A stretch of DNA of 64,000 bases from Centroscyllium fabricii (lineage: Eukaryota), in contig JBNRSN020000009.1 in the NCBI GenBank assembly GCA_051313645.2, forward strand, positions 97,154,001 through 97,218,000, written 5' to 3'. Both the position numbers and the translations under genes were made by a program. The notes under the pieces are model-generated. The model had not been told where the DNA came from and did not search any database. It saw nothing but the letters and a program-made list of their open reading frames with translations. Shown here piece by piece: positions 23,193 to 36,235 of the stretch. The first letter of the stretch is position 1. Every line of letters starts with the position of its first letter.

Positions 23193-26100
23193 ACCCTAAA
23201 CAAATATATGCTTAAGAATCGGTTTTTAAAATTCCGATGCTGAAGAAGCTACAAGAATCAAAATTGAAACAGTAAATTACCAAAAGGCTGATGATACAAA
23301 ATTTAAAAATGTAGCTTTTCATTTTATTCACTAAAGAACCCATTAAACCATAAGCTCTGGAGAACTATGTAAATTATCTGCCTTTCAAGGTAGAGCTGGG
23401 GCAAATCCACTCCATCAACTAATGATGGACCTCATTACATGCAGAGAGTATTCATAATGAGGAAGCAGCCGCCCGCCATTCCACATTCGAACATAAATCC
23501 CTATGAAATGTTAATATCTCACTTCTAATTAGAGACTGCCAAGTCCAAATGTGCCTTCATGGGTAATAAGTAGCAAAATAAATTTCTGTTTTAATAGTAC
23601 ATTGCACAAGCATCTCATATGTGGTTATTTTTTTTAATGTAAAGACCACTTGCAGCTTTTTGCTTTCTTGCTGCTTTTGGAGACTACAAAATGCAATCAA
23701 CTGATAGAAATGAAACCTTTGTCTTGCAGTAATGAATACAGAATGCTACTATCCATATCTACAAAATCAGTATTAAAAACCAGCTTCCACGCAATAAAAT
23801 GTCAGGCTGGAGTCATTAAAACAGCACTTCCATGATCACATGGAATCAACAACTAAAATAAACACAGAAACCAGAAACAAGCACAAGCACAAGAGGGAAA
23901 AAAACAGGTTTTATATCTGAGCCAGTCACATCATTACCAGTGTCCATTTAAATATTTTACTATAATTGGTGCATAATTACAACAGTAAAAATCACACTCA
24001 TTTTAACTACAGTAACTTTTCTAAACTGAAGGCATCTTGTCAACCAGCTACATCTTTCCATATTACAGTTTACTAAAGCACCAATAATTTTAGTGCCGAG
24101 AGCTGCTCTAATCTGAATGTCAATTTCTTGCAGTAATCAAACAGTGTAATTAAAGATGAAGCATGGCACTCTGTACTGCAGATTATCAGGAGCTGCAAGC
24201 TGTACAGCTGAAAAACACCACCACAACAGAAACACCCTTTATCACATTCCTCTACATAAACAATCAACATGAAGCACCACTTCTTTGCAGAACATCTGTT
24301 CAAATTTATATTGACAAGTTTACTATCAAAACCCCAAGTCCAGCATAGCTTAGCAGAACTGGACCTTGGAATCATGACCTTCGGTTTTACAGATTACCAC
24401 AAGTCTTATTTTATGTTACATTATAAGTTTTTACTTCATTTATTACTGTTCAATTATTTTTTTAAACATTAACAATGCACAGAAGAACAAGGAGTTTCAC
24501 CGAGCAGTTTAACCTAGCAGTTATTTTCTCTTTCTAACCCCTCTCTCTCACTCTAAGTCAACCAGTCAGGCACGAGCAAGCCAACCCTCCAAAAACCACT
24601 TGTCCCTCCCAGTGTCCCATTGTGGAACAACCTACCTTTGTTCTAGCGTTACAGATAACTTGTGATCCTCAGTAACATGAGGATTTTGGAACGGATGTGA
24701 GGTCTCAGATGAGTTGCAAGCAGATGAGAAAAGATGGGCATGAAAAAAAAACCAGCACTAGCTGACAGTCACTGCCAACACAAGCAAGTATTTACAGCAC
24801 TATTTACATTAGAGTGAGTGCACCTCAGCCCGATCACATTCAGAACTGATGGCATTTTTTTTCCCACAACTGGTAATTAAAACAAAATGCACGGCTCTGT
24901 GATTGTTTTGGCGACTGAGGACAATGATACACAAAATCAGTATTTAATCACTGGGACATGTCTTTGGTGAGTAGCATGAGGGGTGACAGAGGTTCAGGCC
25001 TAAATCCGCATGCTTACCTTAATGTTCCTAATAAAGGGAGCCTTCAAACACTACTCCTGATAGCTCAACTGAGGTGTAAGCAGAGCTCCATCTCAAGGAA
25101 GCAGGCACTCGCTGAAAGCTCTCTATAGAGACACAAGTGATTCACATGGCCAGACATATAAACCACAGCAGCTAGAGGGATCTGCAATGCTTGGGCAGCA
25201 CGGAATAGCAGGTTTACACATGCAGTGCCCAGTGTCAGAGGAAGAGAGTTGCTTAGGATTTATGTGACACCTTTTTCCGGGAAGCCTCTTGTGGAATTGT
25301 ACAGTTTGTTTCTTATTGTCCTTACTGCTGGCTCTGAATACACGCAGCGAGAGAAACTGTTCCCTGTGGGGGCCCCCCAGACCCTGGCCCTGCTGCCTTT
25401 ACAGGGAGGTAACCATATTAGGATGTGTATGGTAAAGTAAACAATAACATAGTTGCAATGAAATGGAATTTTTCTCTCCAGCTAATGGTGTTTGTCAGTC
25501 CTCTTTTAGCCTTTCCCACTGTGTAGCTTTTTTTGAAAACACTGCTCTGTTTATGTAGGAAATTTTTTGTCAACTTAGGACAAGCTTCAGACCTTTATTC
25601 AAAATAAACAAGTACAGAATCTAATAATGCTTCACTGTTGCAAGAGAAAATAATGTGTAGGCACTAAAATAAAGCATGGAGTAGTTATATTATTCAATAT
25701 AACAGTGTCCAAAACAAAAGAATAGCTGAATTCATTCATCCCCAGCCCTACCTCCCCCACCTCCCCACACAAATCAAGGTTACAGCTTTGAAGAGATGTT
25801 ATACATAAACTACTTTGGAAGTCATTTTAAGTTAAAGATACACACCCCAACTGCTGTGCTGGAATAAAGCTTAAAGCACCATACAGACATATCAGAATCA
25901 ATAAATCAAGGTAACAAGTATCAGTTCACAAGTTCAAAGGCATGATGGCCAACTCTCTGCATCTTAACGCTCAACCAGTAATACCTTGACTCTATCACTC
26001 CTTTCTTTGTAGGCAAGTTCAGGTTCGGAAAGGGCATTTTTTCATTAGGATCTAGCAGCTGTTTTCTTACACATGCAGTGCAGGATGCTTCAGCCTTTTT

Positions 26101-29100
26101 TAGCTGGCTGTGCAATTGCAAGCAGAAAATATTAAACAAGCCAACAAAACCAGAAGAGTGAGACAGCTAGATATTGCATTCCAAAATTAAGACTTTAAAT
26201 ATAAACAGTGAATCATGTCATGCTGTGCTTTGTTGCACCATTTAGATTCTCATAAAAGGCAATTTTTGTAAGCTAATAAACAATGCAACACCATTCCAAT
26301 TTCCAGTCTCTTTAGATGAGCATCACACACCAGCTCAATTTTTATATTTCATTAAATGCAGCACAGCTTGCATTGAGATATTAAGAAGCTATAGATGTTC
26401 CTTTCAGTCTAAAGTCACTAGTTTTTCCATCCATACTTAGCACTCAACTGGTGTCAATTTTACTGAAGTTCAAAAAGTAAAGTGCAGTCAACTTTCTTTA
26501 AAAAAATATATTATTTAAAATGTTATTTTATTAAATAGTGTGCAGTGCTACGCTCTTGAAAACCTTGCAATTTTAATCCTAAAGGACCCTTTGCACGGAT
26601 GTTTAGTAACAAATTGGGAACTTTAGCAAAGTAAAGCCCATATACTTTTAATGCTCTCAATTTCTTTCAGGTAACACACACACACACACAAAGTCCACTG
26701 TAACAAGATTAAGCCAATCCAGGGCCTCCACTTGTTCCACCTTGGAAAGCAACACCTCCCCGCCTACACCCCCACCCCGATCCCCTCTGCACCCCCCCCT
26801 TCCCCAACCTCCAGAGTTTCTTGAGTCCATGTCAATAAAACTCTAGAGGAACTGCAGTTAAAGGAAGGTGATAAAGTGGTAGTCCTGTTCTGTGGTACTG
26901 AAAAAGCAAAAGCCACCACTGTTTTGACAGATCAGAAGAAATTCTAAAGTTGTTTCTATTTTCCACAATCATTCTGAAGCAACGTGACATTGTGTGTGTT
27001 CTCTTACTCCTAACGCAAGGGCCTTGGGGCTGTTTAGCTTGTCACTATGTTTAACTACTGCTCTGGAGCTACCAAAGTACATTACCGGTAGTTACAGCTC
27101 ATGAAAAATACAGCGACAAAACTGCTAGTGGCAGAAACATTAAACTCTCTTGTTAGCAGCCACCCCCATGTGGCACTTTAGCACGAGCAAGTTGTTTATT
27201 ATGTTCGGTGCCAGGCAAAGGGATTAAATAGGGTTCTTAAGAATCAAAGTATTATAAATGCATGAAACAGAATAGCTAGCACAATTCATTCTGCAAAATT
27301 TAAAATCTTACAACATTTGTGTTTTTTTCCAGTACTTGGTTTTGTTCTTTTCCTGCATCTTGTTTTTTTTTAATTAACAGATCAAGTCAATTTATTTCTA
27401 ATGTTCTCGTCTGGCAAGGTCGGATGGACAACAGCACTAATGGGTGCCTACATCACAAGCTTCTGCAGTCACTGCTTGATGGTTACATCACCGTTGCTAT
27501 GGCACTTAACTGACTATTAATTTCTGACAAAAGGTGATTATGAAACAGACAGCTGAATTCCAAGTAGATGTCTCAGCACAGCTAGAGGGTATAACATTTA
27601 AAATAAAAACGGACTCTACAGGTTTTCCAATTATTTTAAAACATTTTTCCGTGAATAATTGTGTGTGTTTTACATATATATATATACTATTGGTACTTTA
27701 AAAAATCCTCCAATACTTTGCATTACTAAACCGAGTGTGCATAAGTTACTCATTAAACAAGCATTGTAAATTCCACACAAGGAATCTCCTATAAAGAACA
27801 AACCTTTTTTATTTACCTTCTTTTGAGTAGTAGTTGCTTATTTGAAGCAATCTTCTGTTACAGCCACCTTTTGTAATCACTCTTCTTACCCTGGAGACAA
27901 AAAATGATAGAATCTGATTGGACGTTTGATGGTAGTTACCCTGTCTCAGCATTTTCACTGGCACCACACGGCAAAGTACAAATATAAATAAAACAAAATG
28001 CTTCCAATTGTACTTAATGGCAAATGACTTGCAGCAAAGTTAATAGAAACAATGAAGTCACAGGACCACTGCTTATCAGTACCAGCTAGTGCCAGGTATT
28101 CACATAACAAACCCAAGCTGCTGTGCGTGTGTGAAGCACAGCAGATGAAACAATTTTTCATGTGATTATGCTTTCTAACTCCAGATGCCTCTGGACTTCT
28201 TTACAGTGCAAATCACTTCATGTATCACTGAACTTAGTCCTTTCTTCTTGTACTATAAGTAAAACCCATGCATACAGATTACATGAGTAAAATCCTGCAA
28301 CGCAGTAGCAAAATAAAATGGGTGGAACCAGATGCCATCTGTCCTGGTTCACGCTACATGCTTCCATATTTATTAAATTAAATTAAAATACAAAATGAAA
28401 GAAGGCAAAAAAAAAATCTGGTTTGTCGCGTGTGCCTATGTACAAGCCCACAGCTTCTCCTTCTCCCTGTGTAATCCTCAAACACCAAACATCAATGCTT
28501 CAGCGAGCTGCCCTGAAAAGCAATGCTTTCACTGCATACTGCCTTCCTCTTTGACTTCAAAGTTTAGTAACAGCAACTGTTTCTACTTTAAGATTTCAAG
28601 AGACATGAAAAGGTATTCAAGGTGAAAATAAAACAAAATCTGGCAGAAATCTTGTCTTTTCAGGCCTATAATTGTCAGTACAGTCTCAAGTTTATTAGAT
28701 ATCTAGTGCAGATTATTGGCCTTGGCCCTAAAAATTAGACATGGAAAATGGTTGCAAATCTGAAATAGAATATATGAAATACCTTTTAGCACTTTGATTT
28801 AGTTGTAACCCATATGAATATGCAGACACATTAAGCCATTCTCTGTGATATTTTTACTTTGTTCCACCTTTAGTTTCTGCAGGAGACTGGCCAGTCAAGA
28901 CAAGGTACGGTGCAGTATTCTGCATTTCAAGTTTACTTTGCATGGAATTGGTCTAACTTTGTATACAAGCAGACTATATTAAAATGTAATTTAGATGATT
29001 AAAAGCCACAACTGACTGTTTTGAATAAAAACATTTAAAATTTGCCTCTCACAGATATGTGTACACCTGCACAGTTAAATGTGAGGAAATTTCCCTGAAC

Positions 29101-29182
29101 AGTACACACTGAAGCTATTTTGTTTTTTCTGAACAGATGATACGATTTGGGCTACATTCTGATCTCACTCCAGTTGAGACAT

Positions 29183-29959
29183 GGGGGGGATTTTCATGTC
29201 CCCGTGAGGCGGGGTTTTCGGCGGCCCAGCCGGCAAAATAGCGCAACCGGCAGGTCCCACCCCCGCCCCGTATGCCCGCCGCTTTCTCATTTTCCCCAGC
29301 CCAGATTCCCCGCCCCGAAACCTTCCCGCCGCCGGCTGGCGGGGATGGGTTGTCACCTCGTTAAGGGCCCTTAATTGGCATCTTTAATGTCATTTTAATG
29401 GCCCTCAGCAATTTTGCCCTGTTTCCCGCCCTATCCCCGCCACCCTATTCACCCAGCGGGAGCACAGCGCTGCTTATTACTTTCTCCTTCAAGGTATGAA
29501 GGACATGCTGCCAAATGCTTGGCATGCCTCCAGCACCTTAGAGGAAGGAGTAAGTAACTCCACTGTGGCTGCAGCAGCTGTGAGCAGAAACTGAGAAATC
29601 TCAGTTCTGAACATTACCTCACAGCTGCTGCCGAGCTGTCAAGAATTGTGAGCCCGCCCACCCACCTGTCAGTCACCAGCACTTGACCGTTCCCATTGGT
29701 TCCACTCCACTGTGATGTCACAGTGGAGTGTTTCCATGGGAACTGTCAACAACCAGTGCTGGAACTGTCAATCAAGCTGCTCGCAGCCCCGATGCAGCCC
29801 GACTCGATTGACCTAATTACCTCCCGCTGCTGCCGGTGGGGATTTAACAACCTCATTAAACTAAAATTGCGTGGCCTTCCCAGCTGTTTGGGCGGGCGGG
29901 GCCGGAGGAGGCCCAGACCAATCCCCGCCAGGTTCCCGCCCTTCCGGCGAAATCCCCCC
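29183..29959. mobile_element. Harbinger-type MITE (X-box/palindrome family), copy A
   Basis: TIR ggggggattt..aaatcccccc, 3 bp TSD CAT; core cactccactgtgatgtcacagtggagtg. Confidence 0.8.
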
Positions 29960-30593
29960 CATTATTTCTACTTTGTCATTGTTTCTAAGAATAAACTATC
30001 CCCAGGCTATGAGCATTTACTCATCTTCCTCCTTGACAGATGCTGCTTCAATCCATAACATCACTACGACAACTGGTAGTGAAAGTTAGAGTTCATTATT
30101 GAGAAAATTATGTCTGCCCCTTTAAGAGGTCACCTTTTTCCCAGGTCAATTTGTTGCACACACTGATACTTGCACACATTGAGGCCAGATAATCTTTGTA
30201 AGTGCTCAGTCTGACCTCCAATATATAACACAATCCATCTGAATCTTAGGTGTTATGCAAGGGTGGTTTCAGGCTGGAACAGATTCGGATATATGCCAAT
30301 ATATCCTGACGGTAAACTGAATATCAAAATGCTCTAACTGCACCCATCATATCCTCGCATTTCATGTACATTTCTCCAAGAGGTACTCTTACATTGGTTT
30401 CGAATTTGCTGGTGGCAGTGTCAACTACAATGTAGTTTTTCTGTACCACTTTTATAAAAGCCCACAGAATAAATATTTTCCTACTTGGAAAAATCTTTGA
30501 TCTAGGCCCCTTATCCTTCCTAATTTCCAATGGCATTGCCATGTTTTAAATTTATATTTACATTTATGATTGTCTCCATTCCGTGCATTGCAT

Positions 30594-31368
30594 GGGGGGC
30601 ATTTTCCTGGAAGTGCGGGAACCTGGCGGGGATTGGTCGGGGCGGGTTCCTGTCCCGCCCGCCCAAAGACCTGGGAAACCCACGCAATTTTCATTTAATT
30701 GATTAATCAAATCCCTGCGTGCGGGGAGCCGGTGTGGTAATTGACTCAATCGAGTCAGAGCTCCAGCAGGCTGCGAGGAGCTTGACAGACAGTTCCAGCA
30801 CTGGTTGTTGACAGTTCCCATGGAAACATTCCACTGTGACATCACAGTGGAGTGGAACCAATGGGAAAGACCAAGTGCTGGTGACTGACAGGTGGGTGGG
30901 CGGGATCCAAATCTTTGACAGCTGGCCACCGGCTGTCAGCAAATCTGGAAAGGAAAGGTTTATAAGTTTTTGGTCACAGCTGGTCTTGACCCAATGGAGT
31001 GACTTACTCCTCCAAAGTGTTGAAGGCCTTGGAAACATTTTGCTCCAGGTCCTTCAACACCTTGAAGGAGAAAGTTATAAAGACCACTGTGCTCCCGCTG
31101 GGTTTTCACCAGCGGGGTTTTAGGATTGCGGGGTTAGGGTGGGAAGGGGGTGAAAATTCCTAAGGACCCTTAAAATGACATTACACATGCCAATTAAGGG
31201 CCTTTAATGAGTTGACAAACCATCCCCGCCGGCTGCCGGCGGGAAGGTTTTGGGGCGGGGGAAAATGTCAAAGTGGCGGGGATCCAGCAGGGGGGGGCGC
31301 GGGGGTCGCGACCCGCCAGTTCTGCTATTTTGCCGGCCGACCTGCTGAAAGCCCTGACTCACGGGGGG
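30594..31368. mobile_element. Same MITE family, copy B, inverted relative to A, right tip missing
   Basis: Colinear reverse complement of 29183-29959 with a strongly conserved core. Confidence 0.8.
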
Positions 31369-32193
31369 ATTGTGTGGAACAAAGCTGCAGTGTCAAAGCG
31401 AGAATCCAGCAATGCTGGCCCCTCCTTGACACTAATGCAGGTGTGCCACCAGGTATTGGCACTGTAAATTGTCCTGAAGTTCAGCAGGAGAGTACGCTGT
31501 AACACAATGGAAATGGTTTTGTGGTTCCTGTGTAAAATGTTTAAACCAAAGCACGTGCAGCCTGATGCTAAACACCCATTCCAGTGTTATAGACACTATA
31601 GCCTTTTTAAGCTTAACGGAATAGTTTTGGAAAGGTATTGTCTTTTTATTCTTGGATTTAAAAATTCTGTCGCTGTAGCTATTTAAACTTTGTCACTGAG
31701 ATTTTGGTATGAATGTTATCATCTGCAGCAGGTTAACAGGGAATAACTTTTACTGGAATAGTCTGGAAAGCAAAAGGCAACTTGTGACATGAAAGGAAAC
31801 TTTTGTGCGTTCGGGAACCATTTTAGGTTTCACCTTGTGACTTTTGTAAACACTTCTTCAAACCCGGAATTACAAGTGTTTTTTGCACTTCATTCTCCAT
31901 CTGTGTGATGGAGAGTGAAGTGTGATTACCTCGAGGAAAGATTGGTGTGGTTACCCAAGTCACCAAATCACAAACGAGGTGCTTTCACATAGTGGCTTGG
32001 TGTAGACTAGGTCCTGGAAGAGTGATATATTGCATCACTCCCCCATTTTTACTTGTGAAGTAGAACCACAAGGCTGATTGAATCCATGGAGGAGGCAATT
32101 CTCATTACATATGTGCAGACCTTTGAGAAAGTGGATCTTTACCGCAACCAGAATTGCCAAAGACTGCATAAAACATATATGTCAAGAGTCAAT

Positions 32194-32932
32194 GGGGGGG
32201 AGAAATTTGGCAGCTTGCGCCTGCCGTTAGTGCCCTAAGAGAGCTGCTAATTGGGCGCAAGCCTGGCGTGGAGCCTCCGACGATATTCAGTGGGTCGCTG
32301 GCGTGGGCGGTAGCCGGTAGCGTCCCACGGCTGTTCGCTGCCGAGGATGACGTCATCAGAGCGTGCAGCGCCCCGCTCACGCCCATGGCGCAAACTTCAG
32401 TTGCGCCCGCCGCCGCACCGCCTGACACTGCCCGCAACAGCTTCAGGCTGTCGTACTTGCAGCAGGGGGAGCGCTGCTTAAAGGAAAGGGTGCCGAGCGG
32501 CCATTTTTGTTGCAGGCCGACTGCCAGCACCTTCCCCCTCTGCCGTCCCCGGCCTTCCCCGATGCTGCCTCTGCTCCGTCAGCCCAGCACTTCCCTCGAG
32601 TGCCGGGCTCCTTCGGCGGCATCACGTCCCACGGCGGCCCCGCGGGGCTCTGGCCGGAACCGTGCTAGGCCCCTCCTCTTTAATGAGGGGGAGGAAGACC
32701 TGCAGTACCGCGGCGCGGCGCTCTGTATTGCGTGGCACCTCAGGCCACAGCGCCAGAAATTCGGTTGTAGCACCTAAAGAACGAGGTCGGGCGCCTGCAG
32801 TAGCCCCCGACCTCCTACTTTGGGTGCTACAACCGAATTTCCGGCCCAACGGCGCGAGCGTTAGCCGGGCGCTAAAAATAGCGCACCGCCGAGGTTAGCG
32901 CCCAAAAATGGGTGGCACCGAATGTTTCCCCC
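32194..32932. mobile_element. GC-rich Harbinger-type MITE
   Basis: gggggagaaattt ... aatgtttccccc; reverse-complement relative of 47321-48074. Confidence 0.8.
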
Positions 32933-33702
32933 ATAAGCTCCATCGTAATTCTATGAATACCAAGCCCAGGAACTACTACGTAATTATCATTGTCACTAAG
33001 TCAAAGTAATAGTACAGCTATCCAAGCCCATGATAGAATACTCTGATCTACCTGATCTTTGTCTTTATCTTTATCATCAACCCGCGGTCAAGGTAACAGT
33101 GTGATTAACCACGCCAAGTATAGGTACCAATTTCTGACACGCCGATACTAATACAGGTACTGAGGGTGCAGTGTGTCCCCAATTGGAGGTGCTTGCCTTT
33201 GTCTTGGAGTGGGCCCCTCCCACTAGCGGCAAACTGCTTTGTTTCTTTGAAGCGGCACAGGTGGGGGAACTGAGCCGCCGATGTCGGCTGGTTGAAATTT
33301 CCCATGCTGCAGGAAGTCACATTGACTAATGAGGTAGTTCCACGGAGCACGCAAAATTCAAACTGGTTGTTCTGGTGCGCGCCTGCCCTGCTACTAAGTC
33401 ATATTCTCCCTCATGTTGCAATCTGCATTCAGCCTGCTCCCCGAATGCAAGACACACTATCAATGTATAAATGCTCAAATGGTCCAGGGAATATTTTGTT
33501 TCGTGTAAGGGTAGGTCAGATTATGAAAGAAAAGGCAAACAAAACTTTTGAGCCATTTTCGTGCCAGCTTGAATGTATTGAACTGCAGTGATTCGCAGTT
33601 CAAACTCAAGACTCTCCCGTGAGTATTTAAAGAGCCGGATAGTTTACTGCCAGGGAGCGGAGCAAAGAAGAGCAAGAGGTCGGACTGTTTCTGTCACCAT
33701 TC

Positions 33703-34165
33703 TTTCCCCTGCTCTAAATCCCAGACTACCCCCTTGCGTTTCTCCCTCCTCAACTCATTGCACATCTGATGCACAAATGTCAATTTTAGACTCTTACACA
33801 CACATCCAATTTTTCACACAAGTCTGTGGTGAAACACAGTTGAGATCAAATGACTATGCAGTTATCTTAATCGTTGAGTTAGTGGGACAGAAATGGTGCA
33901 ATTGTTCCAGTAAATCCTGGAAAGACTCACCTGTGCAGTCTTCCCTACCCTTCATCCAACCACACTTCCAGCAACAGAAATGTGCTTAAATAGAATAGGG
34001 GCAACCACTGGGGAAGGATGAGGCCCAAGTCACTCAAAAACAATGTTTAGCCAGGGTTATGTCCCACATTTTCCCCTGCTCTAAATCCTAGACTTCCCCC
34101 TTATGTTTCTCCCTCCCCAACTCATTGCACATCTGATGCACAAATGTCAATTTTGGACTCTTACA
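33703..34165. repeat. 96 bp direct repeat pair (33703-33798, 34070-34165)
   Basis: tttcccctgctctaaatcc..caactcattgcacatctgatgcacaaatgtcaatttt.gactcttaca twice, few mismatches. Confidence 0.9.
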
Positions 34166-34249
34166 TCCATCAAGAGGGTAGGGTACAACTGAGTTTAAAG
34201 TTATCTAAATTAGGTAAAACTCAGGTATTTGTGAAGTAATTGGAGTTTT

Positions 34250-36235
34250 GCCATGGAAGGAGTTCAGCGAAGGTTCGCCTGGGATGGCAGGAATGACGTA
34301 TGAGGAGAGATTGGGTCGATTGGGCTTATACTCGCTGGAGTTTAGAAGAATGAGAGGGGATCTCATCGAAACTTATAAAATCCTGACAGGTCTGGACAAA
34401 CTAGATAAAGGAAGAATGTTCCCGATGGCCGGGGAGTGTAGAACCAGGGGGCACAGTCTAAGGATAAGGGGTAAGCCATTCAGGACAGAGATGAGGAAGA
34501 ATTTCTTCACCCAGAGAGCGGTGAACCTGTGGAATTCTCTACCACAGAATGTAGTTGAGGCCAAGTCATTAAGTGTATTCAAGAAGGAGTTAGATGTACA
34601 GTCAAACCTGCGTTAGCGGCCACCTCCACAGACATGGCCATCTGTCCGTAGCGGCCACATCAGATTCCCCCCCCCCACCCCCCCACCGAGAGAAAAACAA
34701 TGTATTAAGCCTTGGACAGAGCGGCCACCTGGCCAACACAGTCAGCGGCCACGCGTTCTGTATCCCTCCAGCACATTCCCACTGCACACAGCGGTCAGTG
34801 ATACTGTCATCAGCCAATCAGCGGGAAGCAGGGGCGGTAGCAAAAGGTTGCGGACGAATGAGAAGCCGCCGGCCCTCCTTGTTGATAAAGCGCGGGCTTG
34901 CTACGTGCGAGAGAGAGAGAGAGAGAGAGAGGAGGAGATCCACAATCGGCCACGATTCAAACTTCCCGCCAGCTCAGGATTAATCCCCGAGGTAAGAGCT
35001 TTACAGTACAAGTACTGCAGGGCACGACAAAACCGCTTGGCAAGCAAAACAAAATTGGACTTGCCCGACCGTGGGCCGGGCAGCATCGGGGTGGGCGGGC
35101 TCGGCGGAGCAGCATCAGGGGTGCTTGGCGGGCCGGGCAGCATTGGGGGTGCTCGGTGGGCCAGGCAGCATCCGGGGTGCTCGGCGGGCCAGGCAGCATT
35201 GGGGGGTGCTTGGCGGGCCAGGCAGCATTGGGGGGTGCTCGGCGGGCCAGGCAGCATTGGGGGGGGCTCGGCGGGCCGGGCAGCATCGGGGGTGCTCGGC
35301 GGGCTGGGCAGCAACGGCAGGGGGGGTGGAGTTCGGCGGGCCGGGCAGCATCGGGAGAGAGGTGTGGAGTCGACATTTCGGGTTGGGACCCTTTGAGAGG
35401 CGCTGGGATTCCTGCTCCTCCAGGCAGCTGGGAGTGTCCGAGTGCAGGCTTGGCTGGGCTGGGCCCCGCTGGGCTCTCTTTGCCGGGCTGGGGTGGGGTG
35501 GGCTCCCATGGCCGGGTGGGGTGGGCTCCCATGGCCGAGTTGGGCTCTGAGTGGGCTCTGCTGGGCAGGGCTGGGCTCCGAGTGGGCTCCCTTTGCCGGG
35601 CTGGGCTCCGAGTGCGCTCCCTTTGCCGGGCTGGGCTCCGAGTGTGCTCCCTTGGCCGGGCTGGGCTCCAAGTGCGCTCCCTGGTCCAGGCTGGGGTGGG
35701 GTGGGCTCCCTTTGCCGGGCTGGGGTGGGGTGGGCTCCCTTTGCCAAGCTGGGGTGGGGTGGGCTCCATGGGCTGGGCTAGGCTCCGAGTGGGCTCCGTT
35801 GGCCGGGCTGGGCTCCGAGTGGGCTCCCTGGGCTGTGCTGGGCTCCGAGTGGGCTCCGCCAGGCCAGGCTGCCAACCAGGTCTTACATCTTTCCGAACCG
35901 GCCCGGCCAGCTCTGAACAGTGTTCAGCGGGGCTGCAGAGAGTCTCCGTCTCCCTCTCCTCACACACACACAGCCCTTGTACATAAAACCAAAATGGCTG
36001 CCGTCATCCTGTATAGAAAGGCCACCTGTCTATAAAGGCCACTTTTTGCCTTTCCCGTGAGTGGCCTTTCTGCATAGGTTTGACTGTAGTTCTTGTGGCT
36101 AAAGGTATCAAGGGATATGGGGAGAAGGCAGGTGCGGGATACTGAGTTTGGATGATCAGCCACGATCTCATCGAATGGCGGAGCAGGCTCGAGGGGCCGA
36201 ATGGCCTACTCCTGCTCCTATCTTCTATGTTTCCC
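34250..36235 (+). mobile_element. CR1 LINE 3' end, split by a MITE
   Basis: PGMAGMTYEERLGRLGLYSLEFRRMRGDLIETYK..WNSLP; resumes at 36087 with the 3' tail. Confidence 0.9.
34599..36086. mobile_element. pogo/Tigger-like non-autonomous element with two G-rich minisatellites
   Basis: TIR CAGTCAAACCT, TA TSD; ~29 bp array 35075-35352 and ~30 bp array 35450-35860. Confidence 0.85.

Noticed and set aside
26901-26911. AAAAAGCAAAA, identical to the MALAT1/NEAT1 triple-helix A-rich tract
   Set aside because: No upstream U-rich motifs and no tRNA-like element downstream; the minus-strand reading also lacks partner motifs.
34848-36035. Long ORFs of 300+ aa on both strands
   Set aside because: Products of G-rich minisatellites in a non-autonomous transposon.
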